A stretch of 47,888 bases of DNA, taken from the NCBI GenBank assembly GCA_038231455.1, contig JBBRLI010000021.1, positions 1-47,888 on the forward strand, in the 5' to 3' direction. Under the pieces are notes generated by a model. It ran no database searches and was not told the DNA's origin. It saw only the letters and a list, made by a program, of their open reading frames with translations. Below, in pieces: positions 27,323 through 37,657 of this stretch; within the stretch, counting starts at the first letter, position 1; the number at the start of each line of letters is the position of its first letter. The DNA is from Vulcanimicrobiales bacterium (GTDB taxonomy: Bacteria; Vulcanimicrobiota; Vulcanimicrobiia; Vulcanimicrobiales; Vulcanimicrobiaceae). Both the position numbers and the translations under genes were made by a program.

Positions 27323-28879
27323 TTGGCACGTTCTTCCGCACGAATTCTGGCGTTGTACGCCCGTTTGCTAACGGTTGGCATCGCACCGTTCCTCGGCGTC
27401 GGGCTCGCGCAAGCGACCCCGGCGCCGCTCTCGTCAGCGCCGATTCCCTGGGTTCGTCCAACGCCAACACCGGTCGTTTGGGACGGAGCGCCTGCCGTCC
27501 AATACACCGCTACACTGGAACCGCTAGATCTCTCGCCGGAGGGCGAAGCGCGTGTCCTCGTTCGCGTGCGGTTCGTCGATGCAAAAGGAAAGCAAACGCA
27601 TCTGCTGCGCGGCGGCGATTTCGAATTTGTTCCATCGCGTGGCGAGGCGCAGTGGCAAACGCGCCTGCGCTACGGCGGCCCCGCCGCGATCGTCCGCGTG
27701 CGCACGGCGGGATCGCTGGACCTACGCGTGATTGCAAAGAAACCGGCGGGACTCGGCACGGTGCGTGCGCATCTCGACGCCGCTCTCCTCCCGAAACCCG
27801 GTTCCCTCGCACGCGCGATCGGACCCTATGAAATACAAGTCGGCGTTTTTCCCCAGATCGACCGCGGCACGGTGACGATCGAACGCACGGACGCTGCAAA
27901 TCGCCGTCGCGTCGTCCGTTTCGCTGCGCCGTTCTCGACTTTTCGTGACACCTCGGTCGCGCCGATGAGCCGTTACCGGTATCGCATTCAATCCGCGGTC
28001 GGTCTCTCGCAAACGATCGTTGCAAGTGCCACCGGCGAACTTCCGCTCGCGACGAGCCAAACGGTTACGGGCATCGGAGCGTGGTTGGCGTTCTCCGGCA
28101 GCGCGCGCGACGATGATGCCTACACGCGCGTGGACCCGGAACGCACGATCTCGACAGCGAAACGTTCAGGTCTGCGCTACATCATGCTGCGCATGACCTA
28201 CGGCGAATTTTGGCAGATCACGCCAGAGGCGAAAGCGACGATCGATCGATTGATCGATCGGGCCGCAGATGCCGGGATCGCGATGCTCGCGTGGACGGTT
28301 CCGCGCGAAGCGAGCGCTGAAGACGTCGCGGCCAACGTTGCGGCACTTGCCTATCGCACACCGAGCGGTCATGGGATGAGCGGACTTGCCGTCGATCTCG
28401 AACGCGGCGAAGAGTTTCTTGGAAGCGGGCCGCGCGGGTATCGTGTGCTGAAGTCGTATCTTGGCCGCGTGCGTTCCGCCGTTGGCCCGCGCGTGTTGCT
28501 TGTCGCCACCGTGGAAGATCCGTACCTCGAGAAGCTCGATCAGCGCACGTTTCCGTACCGCGAGATCGCGCGCGATGCGAATGTGATGCAGCCGATGGCC
28601 TATTGGCGGATGTTGCGTAAGAGTTCGACGGATGCGCAGATGCGCGATGCAATCTTGGGCAGCGTTCGCACGCTTCGTCTCCTCTCGGGACGCCCGGCGA
28701 TGCCCATCAATATTGGCGGTCAGACCGTCGCGCTTAGTCCTTCCGGCGGACCGCCACCGACCGAACTTGCGGCGAGTGTCGAGGTCGCTCGAAGCGCGGG
28801 CGCGATCGGCGAGACGCTCTACGCCTTGACCGGCACAACCGCAGCACAGTGGGATGCGATCGGTCGCACGACGTGGTAA
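27323..28879 (+). CDS. Exported hypothetical protein: Ig/Fn3-like N-terminus plus putative glycoside-hydrolase-like TIM barrel
   Basis: Hydrophobic N-terminus and Pro-rich linker; FRDTSVAP..RYRYRI (Fn3-like); GLRYIMLR...AGIAMLAW...GLAVDLE...FPYREIA...MQPMAYW. Start uncertain (TTG 27323/27353); the ORF-track start 27059 overlaps the TBDR. Confidence 0.6.
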   Translation: MARSSARILALYARLLTVGIAPFLGVGLAQATPAPLSSAPIPWVRPTPTPVVWDGAPAVQYTATLEPLDLSPEGEARVLVRVRFVDAKGKQTHLLRGGDFEFVPSRGEAQWQTRLRYGGPAAIVRVRTAGSLDLRVIAKKPAGLGTVRAHLDAALLPKPGSLARAIGPYEIQVGVFPQIDRGTVTIERTDAANRRRVVRFAAPFSTFRDTSVAPMSRYRYRIQSAVGLSQTIVASATGELPLATSQTVTGIGAWLAFSGSARDDDAYTRVDPERTISTAKRSGLRYIMLRMTYGEFWQITPEAKATIDRLIDRAADAGIAMLAWTVPREASAEDVAANVAALAYRTPSGHGMSGLAVDLERGEEFLGSGPRGYRVLKSYLGRVRSAVGPRVLLVATVEDPYLEKLDQRTFPYREIARDANVMQPMAYWRMLRKSSTDAQMRDAILGSVRTLRLLSGRPAMPINIGGQTVALSPSGGPPPTELAASVEVARSAGAIGETLYALTGTTAAQWDAIGRTTW

Positions 28880-28888
28880 GAAGACGTA

Positions 28889-30235
28889 ATGACGATGTTC
28901 GGTTGCCTTGATTCGTTGGTGGATGGGGTGTGCAGCGGTTGGGCATTCGACGAAGAGTTGGGCTCCAGTGCCGAGGTGACGATCGCGGTCGACGGGCGTG
29001 AAGTCGGAAGAACCGTCGGCCTCGAGTATCGGTCTGACGTAAGTGCGGCGGGCCATGGTGATGGCCGCTGCGGGTTCGTCTTTCCGCTGCCGGTTCGGGC
29101 CGGGATCGTCCGGATCGCCTTTGCGCGAACGGGCGCGCAGCTGACCGACGGTGAGCGCCTGGTCATCGGCGATTTGATTCCGCTCAGCGATCTCTTTTCC
29201 GGCGTTCTCGCGCGCGGGATGTGGATGCCAAACGCTATAGGCGTTGACGATCGCATCGCGATTACCGGTTGGGTTGTCCCGCCATTTGGGATGCCAATGG
29301 ACTTCGCAATCGCACACGATGGAATCGCGCTCGAAATGGTCTCCCGAACACCGTCGCCGGAAGCCGCGCTGCGTTTTGGTTTAGGACCCGGTTCGGGTGC
29401 CCGAGAATTTCTCTGCGTTGGTCCGCTCGATGCCGCTGCGACGGCGACGACCAAGCACACCTTCACGTTTGTCGATACGCGAACGGGCCTGCCGTTCAAT
29501 CCCCACCATGCAATCGTTTTCCAGAGCGATCACGATGGTCCGATCCCCGACATCGCACGCCGCAAACGCGTCGGCGGCGACGTGGATCTCGGACCTTTTC
29601 TGCTTCAGGGCGGCACCGCATATGCGCGTTTGAATCAGGTCCTGCGCGAATATTTTGCGACATCGTTTGAGGAGGCGGGCCGCATTCTCGATTGGGGTTG
29701 CGGTTGCGGACGCGTTTTCTCGCACCTTCCGCCCGCGTTGTTGCCGAAACTGACCGGCATCGATATCGATGCGGACAACGTCTCGTGGTGTCAGGAGGCG
29801 TATCCGAGCGCGCAATTCGCAACCGTGCCGCTCGAACCGCAAACCGCACTGCCGGATGCCGCATTCGACGTCGTCTTTGGCATCTCGGTCTTCACGCACT
29901 TACTGGAGTCGGCCGCCGGCGCTTGGCTACGTGAATTGTATCGCGTTACGAAGCCGGGCGGTGCGGTCTTGGTCACGATTCTTGGTGAAATCGCATGGGC
30001 CGCTGCGGGTTTGCCGCTCGAAACATACGGCAAATTTCGCTCAACGGGGTTCTATGTCTCGGGCAAGAACCCGGACCTCGACGATGCGCAAGCCGATGCA
30101 ACGGCGTATTACAACACGTTCATTTCGCGAAGCTTCGTCTATGACAACTGTTCGGAATTTTTCGAAGTACTCGACGTGATCGCAGGCGGCATCGGCAACC
30201 ACCAGGACCTCGTCGTACTGCGCCGCCGCACTTAA
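28889..30235 (+). CDS. Class I SAM methyltransferase with N-terminal GW...RSDV...CGF domain
   Basis: N-term CSGWAFD...YRSDV...RCGF; C-term ILDWGCGCGR, GIDID, GISVFTHL, WLRELYRVTKPGG, HQDLVVLRR. Confidence 0.85.
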   Translation: MTMFGCLDSLVDGVCSGWAFDEELGSSAEVTIAVDGREVGRTVGLEYRSDVSAAGHGDGRCGFVFPLPVRAGIVRIAFARTGAQLTDGERLVIGDLIPLSDLFSGVLARGMWMPNAIGVDDRIAITGWVVPPFGMPMDFAIAHDGIALEMVSRTPSPEAALRFGLGPGSGAREFLCVGPLDAAATATTKHTFTFVDTRTGLPFNPHHAIVFQSDHDGPIPDIARRKRVGGDVDLGPFLLQGGTAYARLNQVLREYFATSFEEAGRILDWGCGCGRVFSHLPPALLPKLTGIDIDADNVSWCQEAYPSAQFATVPLEPQTALPDAAFDVVFGISVFTHLLESAAGAWLRELYRVTKPGGAVLVTILGEIAWAAAGLPLETYGKFRSTGFYVSGKNPDLDDAQADATAYYNTFISRSFVYDNCSEFFEVLDVIAGGIGNHQDLVVLRRRT

Positions 30236-31344
30236 GCGACGCGTTCCGTTGCGATTCGCTCGAACGCCGAGAGTGCCGATGCAACCACTTGGTCCATGTT
30301 GTAATATCGGTACTCCGCTAAGCGGCCGACGAACGTCACGTTGGCCTCTGAAGCCGCGCGCGCCGCGTATTTTGCAAAGAGCGCTTTGTTCTCGGGTGCG
30401 GGTATCGGATAGTACGGATCGCCGGTGGCGCTGGGAAATTCGCGCGCGATCGTCGTCTTCGCGTGCGTCTGCCCCGTGAGGTGTTTGAACTCGGTCACCC
30501 GCGTGAACGGCTCGCCGCCCGGATAGTTGATGACGGCGACGGACTGCTTCCATTCCACATCGTGCGTCTCGAATTCAAAGCGCAGCGAGCGATACGGCAG
30601 CGCGCCATACATGTGCCCGAAGTACTCGTCGATCGGACCGGTATAAATCACGTGATGGAAGCGCACGCGGTCGGCGGCCTCTGCGAACGTCGTGCCCAAG
30701 GCAAGGTCGATGCGCGGATGATCGAGCATCCGTTCGAACATCGCGGCAAACCCCTCACGCGGCATCGCTTGGAAGGCATCGGCAAAGTAGCGCTCGTCAC
30801 GGTTGGTGCGGATCGGGATTCGGCCGCAAACCGATGCGTCAAGCTCACTTGGGTCGAGCCCCCACTGCTTGCGCGTGTAGCCGCGGAAGAGCCGCTCGTA
30901 GAGTTCGCGGCCGACCTTCGAGACGATCGCATCCTCGGAGTTGAGAATTTTCTTCACTTGGACGCGGCGCTCGTCGAAAAACTGCTGGACCTCGGTTTCA
31001 TCGAGGTCCAGCCCGTAGAGCGCCTGGAGCGTCGCCCCGGAAATCGGCAGGGGAACGTTCGTACCGGCGAGGTTTGCAAGGACGCGGTGTTCGTAGGGGC
31101 GCCAGGCCGTGAAACGCGAGAGGTAGGCGACGACCCGGTCGCTTGAGGTATGAAAAATATGCGGCCCGTACTGGTGGATCCGGACGCCGGCGGCGTCGAG
31201 CGGGTCAAAGGCGTTGCCCGCGACGTGCGGTCGCGTGTCCACGACGAGGACGCGGGCCTCGAGTTCGCTTGCCAGGCGCTCCGCGAGGGTCGCTCCGGCG
31301 AACCCCGCTCCGACAACGAGGTAATCGTAGGTCGAATTCACCAC
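30232..31344 (-). CDS. glf: UDP-galactopyranose mutase
   Basis: VVGAGFAG, HQYGPHIFHT, YTRKQWG, LPYRSLRF, TRVTEFKH, DPYYP, GRLAEYRYYNMDQ. Start GTG 31344/31341 or 31371. Confidence 0.95.
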   Translation of the reverse strand: MVNSTYDYLVVGAGFAGATLAERLASELEARVLVVDTRPHVAGNAFDPLDAAGVRIHQYGPHIFHTSSDRVVAYLSRFTAWRPYEHRVLANLAGTNVPLPISGATLQALYGLDLDETEVQQFFDERRVQVKKILNSEDAIVSKVGRELYERLFRGYTRKQWGLDPSELDASVCGRIPIRTNRDERYFADAFQAMPREGFAAMFERMLDHPRIDLALGTTFAEAADRVRFHHVIYTGPIDEYFGHMYGALPYRSLRFEFETHDVEWKQSVAVINYPGGEPFTRVTEFKHLTGQTHAKTTIAREFPSATGDPYYPIPAPENKALFAKYAARAASEANVTFVGRLAEYRYYNMDQVVASALSAFERIATERVA

Positions 31345-31430
31345 AGACCCGTTCGACGCCGGGGAACCCAAAATCGTTTATCTTGGGGCGGGCGGGTGGA
31401 CCATGCGCCCCTCGCTAACTAATAACCAGG

Positions 31431-33096
<1,666 letters not shown>

Positions 33097-33097
33097 C

Positions 33098-34024
33098 ATG
33101 CGCGTGCTCGTCACCGGCGGGAATGGCTTCGTCGGTGGCTACGCCATCGAGACGCTTCGCGCGCGCGGCGATGAGGTGATCGCCGCCGGTCACGGTGCTG
33201 CCGACATGCTTCCGCTGGACTTGCGCGATCCACTGAGCGCACGGGGCGTCGTCGATCTCGCGCAACCCAACGCCGTCGTCCATCTCGCCGCGCAGGCATT
33301 CGTTCCGCAGTCGATGTCGAATCCGCTCGAGACGCTCGACGTCAACGCGATGGGGACGGCGCGTTTACTCGAAGCCGTGCGCGCCGCGCGCGATGCCGGC
33401 GGAACGAATCCGCGCATTTTGATCGTGAGCACAGCCGAAGTCTACGGAGCGCAACCGCCCGGGGCGTTTCCGCTGCGAGAATCGACCCCGCCGGCACCGG
33501 CAAATCCGTACGCGGCAAGTAAACTCGCTGCGGAGGCGTTCGGAATCGCAAGCGTGCACGCGTACGGACTCGACGTCGTGATCGCGCGCGCATTCAACCA
33601 CATCGGTCCCGGTCAAGACGAGCGCTTCGTCGTCGCGTCGTTCGCGGCGCAACTTGCGAAGATCGCCCACGGTGGACCCGCCGAGATGCTGATCGGCAAT
33701 CTTGCCGCGGAGCGCGACTTTCTCGACGTGCGGGATGTCGTGCGCGCGTACGTCGCGCTGCTCGAGCGCGGCGAGCGTGGTGAGATCTACAACGTTTGCA
33801 GCGGTGTCGCGGTGCCGATCCGTGACGTCTTGCGAACCCTTGTAACGACGGCGCGTGTCGCCGTCGAGATTCGGGAAGATCCTGCTCGTATGCGCGCAAG
33901 CGATACGCCGATCTTCGTTGGCGATGCAGCGAAGTTGCGATCGACAACGGGCTGGACGCCGCAGATCACGCTCGAGGCCTCACTGCGCGACACATATCGC
34001 GCGGCATTCGAACGCGCGGCATGA
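33098..34024 (+). CDS. rmd: GDP-4-keto-6-deoxy-D-mannose reductase (GDP-D-rhamnose forming)-like SDR
   Basis: TGGNGFVG, HLAAQAFVP, STAEVYG, NPYAASK, RAFNHIGPGQ, GNL..ERDFLDVRDVVRAY; directly after gmd. Confidence 0.8.
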   Translation: MRVLVTGGNGFVGGYAIETLRARGDEVIAAGHGAADMLPLDLRDPLSARGVVDLAQPNAVVHLAAQAFVPQSMSNPLETLDVNAMGTARLLEAVRAARDAGGTNPRILIVSTAEVYGAQPPGAFPLRESTPPAPANPYAASKLAAEAFGIASVHAYGLDVVIARAFNHIGPGQDERFVVASFAAQLAKIAHGGPAEMLIGNLAAERDFLDVRDVVRAYVALLERGERGEIYNVCSGVAVPIRDVLRTLVTTARVAVEIREDPARMRASDTPIFVGDAAKLRSTTGWTPQITLEASLRDTYRAAFERAA

Positions 34025-35205
34025 AGGTCGTCTACTTCGATCAGATCGGCGGGTCGAGCGGCAACATGATCGTGGGCGCACTCATCGATGCCGGCGCGCC
34101 CGTCGCGGAACTCGAAGCGGCGCTGCGCACGATCCCCGTAAGCGGCTGGACGCTCGAACAGACACGCGTCCTCAAGCGTGGGGTCGCGGCGACGTATTTT
34201 GATTTCATCGTCCCGGGTGAAGACGGGCATCCGGGCGCGGCGGCCCATGGTCGGCACCTGGGTGAAGTGCTTGCGATCGTCGCGCTCTCCGGCCTCACCG
34301 CATCGCAGAAGGCGCGTGCATCCGCGATTTACCAGCGGCTCGGGGAGGCGGAAGCGCGCGTGCACGGTACGGCCGTCGACCAGGTTCATTTTCACGAAGT
34401 CGGCGCCGTCGATGCGATTCTCGATGTCGCGGGCGCTTGCGTCGCACTCGATCTGCTCGGGATCGAAGAAGTTTACGCATCCGCCTATCCGCTTGGAAAC
34501 GGCGAAATCGTCATGCAACACGGTCGCTTTCCCAATCCGCCGCCCGCGACAGCCGACCTCATGCGTGGCGCGGCGACCCGTTCGACCGATGTCACGGGTG
34601 AACTCGTCACGCCGACCGCTGCGGCGATTCTCGCAACACTTGTCGAGCGCGTTGGCGAGCGGCCCGGGATGACGTTCGAGCGGCACGGCTACGGCGCGGG
34701 CCGCAGCGACTTTCCGATGCCCAATGTCGTGCGCGCGACAATCGGCGAACGCGGCGAACGCGGCGAGCGATCCGCCTCGATCGTGCGCGTGCTCGAAGCA
34801 AACGTCGACGATCTCTCACCGGAATATTTCGAACTTGCGATCGAGCGCGTCTTTGCGGCCGGTGCGCTCGACGTCTGGCTCGCACCGATCACGATGAAGA
34901 AAGCGCGCCCGGCGGTGCTGTTCTCGGCGATCGTTCCAATCGAGCGCGCCCAGGCGTGTGCCGATGCGATCCTGATGCAAACCTCGACCATCGGCGTACG
35001 TTCGTACGACGTGGAGCGGTACGTCGCCGAGCGGACGATCGAGGAACACGAGACGCCGTACGGTCCGGTGCGCGTGAAAACCGCGACCATCGCGGGCCGT
35101 CCGCGCGCGACAATCGAATACGACGATTTGTTACGCATCGCGCGCGAACGTAATCGTCCCCTCGCCGACCTCGCCCGCGAACTCGAACGGATACTCGACC
35201 TATGA
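34021..35205 (+). CDS. larC: Nickel-pincer cofactor nickel insertase
   Basis: YFD...G.SGNM..GALID, AEARVHG...VHFHEVGAVDAILDV, GELVTPT, GYGAG, EANVDD, MKKARP, TSTIGVR, EYDD; single unsplit ORF. Confidence 0.93.
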   Translation: MKVVYFDQIGGSSGNMIVGALIDAGAPVAELEAALRTIPVSGWTLEQTRVLKRGVAATYFDFIVPGEDGHPGAAAHGRHLGEVLAIVALSGLTASQKARASAIYQRLGEAEARVHGTAVDQVHFHEVGAVDAILDVAGACVALDLLGIEEVYASAYPLGNGEIVMQHGRFPNPPPATADLMRGAATRSTDVTGELVTPTAAAILATLVERVGERPGMTFERHGYGAGRSDFPMPNVVRATIGERGERGERSASIVRVLEANVDDLSPEYFELAIERVFAAGALDVWLAPITMKKARPAVLFSAIVPIERAQACADAILMQTSTIGVRSYDVERYVAERTIEEHETPYGPVRVKTATIAGRPRATIEYDDLLRIARERNRPLADLARELERILDL

Positions 35206-36035
35206 TCTCTCTTCTCGAAGACCTCGATGTGAAAGAAGCCCGCCTGCGCGAAGTCGTGCGGTCACTCGGGTCGTGTATCGTGGCGTTCTCCGGCGGCGTG
35301 GACTCGGCGCTCGTGTTGCGCGTTGCAACGCAAGAACTCGGCGAACGTGCCCTCGGCGTCACGGCAAAATCGGAGAGTCTTGCCGCGCGCGAACTCGACG
35401 GCGTCATCGACTTCGCGCGCGCGCTCGACGTCGCGCACGAATTCGTGCAGACAAACGAACTTGCCAATCCCGACTACGCGGCAAATCCCGCCAACCGCTG
35501 CTACCACTGCAAACACGAACTCTACGAAAAACTGACGGATCTGGCCAAAGAACGCGGCTTTGCCTACGTTGTGGACGGTTTCAATACCGACGATGCGGGC
35601 GACTGGCGTCCCGGCCGCAAGGCCGCGGGTGAATACGCGGTGCGCAGCCCGCTCGCCGAGGCCGGCTTTGCCAAGAGTGACGTGCGGGCGCTTGCAAAGA
35701 AACTCGATCTTGCGGTGTGGGATAAACCGGCGCTTGCATGTCTTTCCTCGCGCTTTCCCTACGGCACGCCGATCACGCTCGAACTGCTCATGCAAGTCGA
35801 CCGCGCCGAAGAAGCGGTGCTGGCGGCGGGCGTGCGCGAATGTCGCGTCCGCCATCACGGCGATGTCGCGCGCATCGAAGTGCCGGACGACGCGATCGCG
35901 CAGCTCGCCCAGCCGGGCGTTCGCGACCGCGTGCTCGCCGGCGTGCGCGCGGCCGGATATCGCTACGTCGCGCTCGATTTGGGCGGATACGTGAGCGGAA
36001 ACTTGAACAAAGCGCTCGATGGACAAACCCGATGA
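35202..36035 (+). CDS. larE: ATP-dependent sulfur transferase of nickel-pincer cofactor biosynthesis
   Basis: PP-loop AFSGGVDS, NRCYHCK, DWRPG, SPL, WDKPALACLSSRFPYG, RVRHHGDVARIE, LDLGGY.SG. Confidence 0.93.
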   Translation: MISLLEDLDVKEARLREVVRSLGSCIVAFSGGVDSALVLRVATQELGERALGVTAKSESLAARELDGVIDFARALDVAHEFVQTNELANPDYAANPANRCYHCKHELYEKLTDLAKERGFAYVVDGFNTDDAGDWRPGRKAAGEYAVRSPLAEAGFAKSDVRALAKKLDLAVWDKPALACLSSRFPYGTPITLELLMQVDRAEEAVLAAGVRECRVRHHGDVARIEVPDDAIAQLAQPGVRDRVLAGVRAAGYRYVALDLGGYVSGNLNKALDGQTR

Positions 36036-36615
36036 GAGTGCGTTTGACGCGTTCGTTTTTTCACAGCGCGGCACGCTGCTCGCCCTTCCGGCCGTAGCCC
36101 TTGCGGCGCTCGGCAAACCCAGCGCCTTTTCGGTTGCCCTGGGTCTGCCGATCGCGTTCGTCGGCGAGGCGATCCGCTGCTGGGCGGTTGGGTATTCCGG
36201 CGTCACCACGCGCGGCGACCACGTCGAAGCAGCGGCGCTCGTAACCGCCGGACCGTATGCGCACGTGCGAAATCCGCTCTACGTCGGGAACTTCATCACG
36301 GCGCTCGGCTTCGCCATCGCCTTCACCGGGAAAAACGGCGGCGCGGCGCGCGTGGCGCTTGTCGGCGGTTCGCTTGCCACGATGCTGGGCGTCTATAGCG
36401 TCATCGTCCCGCATGAAGAACGCTTTCTTGAAGCGGAGTTCGGCGAACCGTTCCGGCGCTATCTCGAAGCTGTTCCGCGGATCGTTCCACAGTTGGAAGC
36501 GACGGGCAGCAAGGTCGGCGCCTACGACATCGACGTGATCGGCAAAGCCGAGACGCGAACGTTTGCGACTTTTGGCGCGATGCTCGGACTTTTGGCGCTG
36601 AAAGCGCTGCGCTGA
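36019..36615 (+). CDS. Isoprenylcysteine carboxyl-/phospholipid methyltransferase family membrane protein
   Basis: GEAIRCWA, LVTAGPYAHVRNPLYVG, EERFL...FG..F..Y...VPR. Confidence 0.85.
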   Translation: MDKPDESAFDAFVFSQRGTLLALPAVALAALGKPSAFSVALGLPIAFVGEAIRCWAVGYSGVTTRGDHVEAAALVTAGPYAHVRNPLYVGNFITALGFAIAFTGKNGGAARVALVGGSLATMLGVYSVIVPHEERFLEAEFGEPFRRYLEAVPRIVPQLEATGSKVGAYDIDVIGKAETRTFATFGAMLGLLALKALR

Positions 36616-36649
36616 ATCCGGACGCTGCTTGGAGCGGATTAAGGAAGTG

Positions 36650-37612
36650 ATGGGCTCGGACCACGATCACGACCACGATCGCGACCACATCGGCCACAGT
36701 CATGCGGCCGGTGCGGGCCCGACCGCGCTCAAATTCGCCTTGGCGGCGACCGCCGCGATTGCGATTCTCGAGTTGGTCGGCGGTTTTGCTTCGCACTCGC
36801 TTGCGCTTCTCTCCGATGCCGCCCACGTCACGATGGATGTGGTGGCGCTCGCAATTGCGCTGATCGCCTCGATCCAAGCGACGCGCCCGGCAAACGCGCA
36901 GCAGACCTACGGCTTTGCGCGCTTGGAGATTTTGGCGGCGCTTGCCAATGGCGGACTGCTGCTCGCCGTGACGCTTTTAATCGTGGTCGAAGCGGTCAAA
37001 CGTTTTATCACGCCGGAACTTCCCGAAGGCTCGCTGATGACGATCGTCGCGGCGATCGGCCTTACCGTGAATCTCGTCGTTGGCCTGGTGTTATTGCGCT
37101 CGAGTCATGGCAACATGAACGTTCGCGCGGCGGTGTTGCACGTCGCGGGCGATGCGCTCGGCGCGATCGCCGTTATCGTCGGCGGCGTACTGATCGTTGC
37201 CACACATCTTGCCTGGATCGATCCGCTGCTCTCGCTCCTCGTCTCCGCCATCATCGTCGCGGGCGTTGTGGGCATTCTCAAAGATGCAACGCACGTGCTA
37301 CTCGAGAGCGCACCTGCGCACGCCGAAGTCCCGATCGTTCGCGATCGAATCGCATCGCTCGACGGCGTCGTCGGCGTGCACGACCTGCACGTCTGGACGC
37401 TCGGCAGCGGCTCGCACGCCCTCTCGGCGCACGTGCTCTTGGCAGACTCACGCATTAGCGAAGCAAGTACCATCATGCGGCGAATCGATACCGCGATGCG
37501 AGAAGAGTTTGCAATATCGCACGTCACGGTTCAGTTCGAGTGCGATTCGTGCGAAGTCGACGAACGAATTGTGTGCACGCAGGTCGGGGTCACGGCGCCA
37601 GGGGTTCGCTAG
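36650..37612 (+). CDS. Cation diffusion facilitator transporter (CzcD/ZitB-like)
   Basis: His-rich N-terminus HDHDHDRDHIGHSH, SLALLSDAAH, TYGFARLEIL, NVRAAVLHVAGDALG, VHDLHVW, HVTVQFE; ATG 36650 after AAGGA. Confidence 0.93.
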   Translation: MGSDHDHDHDRDHIGHSHAAGAGPTALKFALAATAAIAILELVGGFASHSLALLSDAAHVTMDVVALAIALIASIQATRPANAQQTYGFARLEILAALANGGLLLAVTLLIVVEAVKRFITPELPEGSLMTIVAAIGLTVNLVVGLVLLRSSHGNMNVRAAVLHVAGDALGAIAVIVGGVLIVATHLAWIDPLLSLLVSAIIVAGVVGILKDATHVLLESAPAHAEVPIVRDRIASLDGVVGVHDLHVWTLGSGSHALSAHVLLADSRISEASTIMRRIDTAMREEFAISHVTVQFECDSCEVDERIVCTQVGVTAPGVR

Positions 37613-37657
37613 CTTACGCTAGGTGGGGTTTTCGCAGAGCGCGAATCCCGCCCGGCT

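Noticed and set aside
36659-36703. GACCAC/GATCAC short repeats
   Set aside because: They simply encode the His/Asp-rich N-terminus common in CDF transporters.
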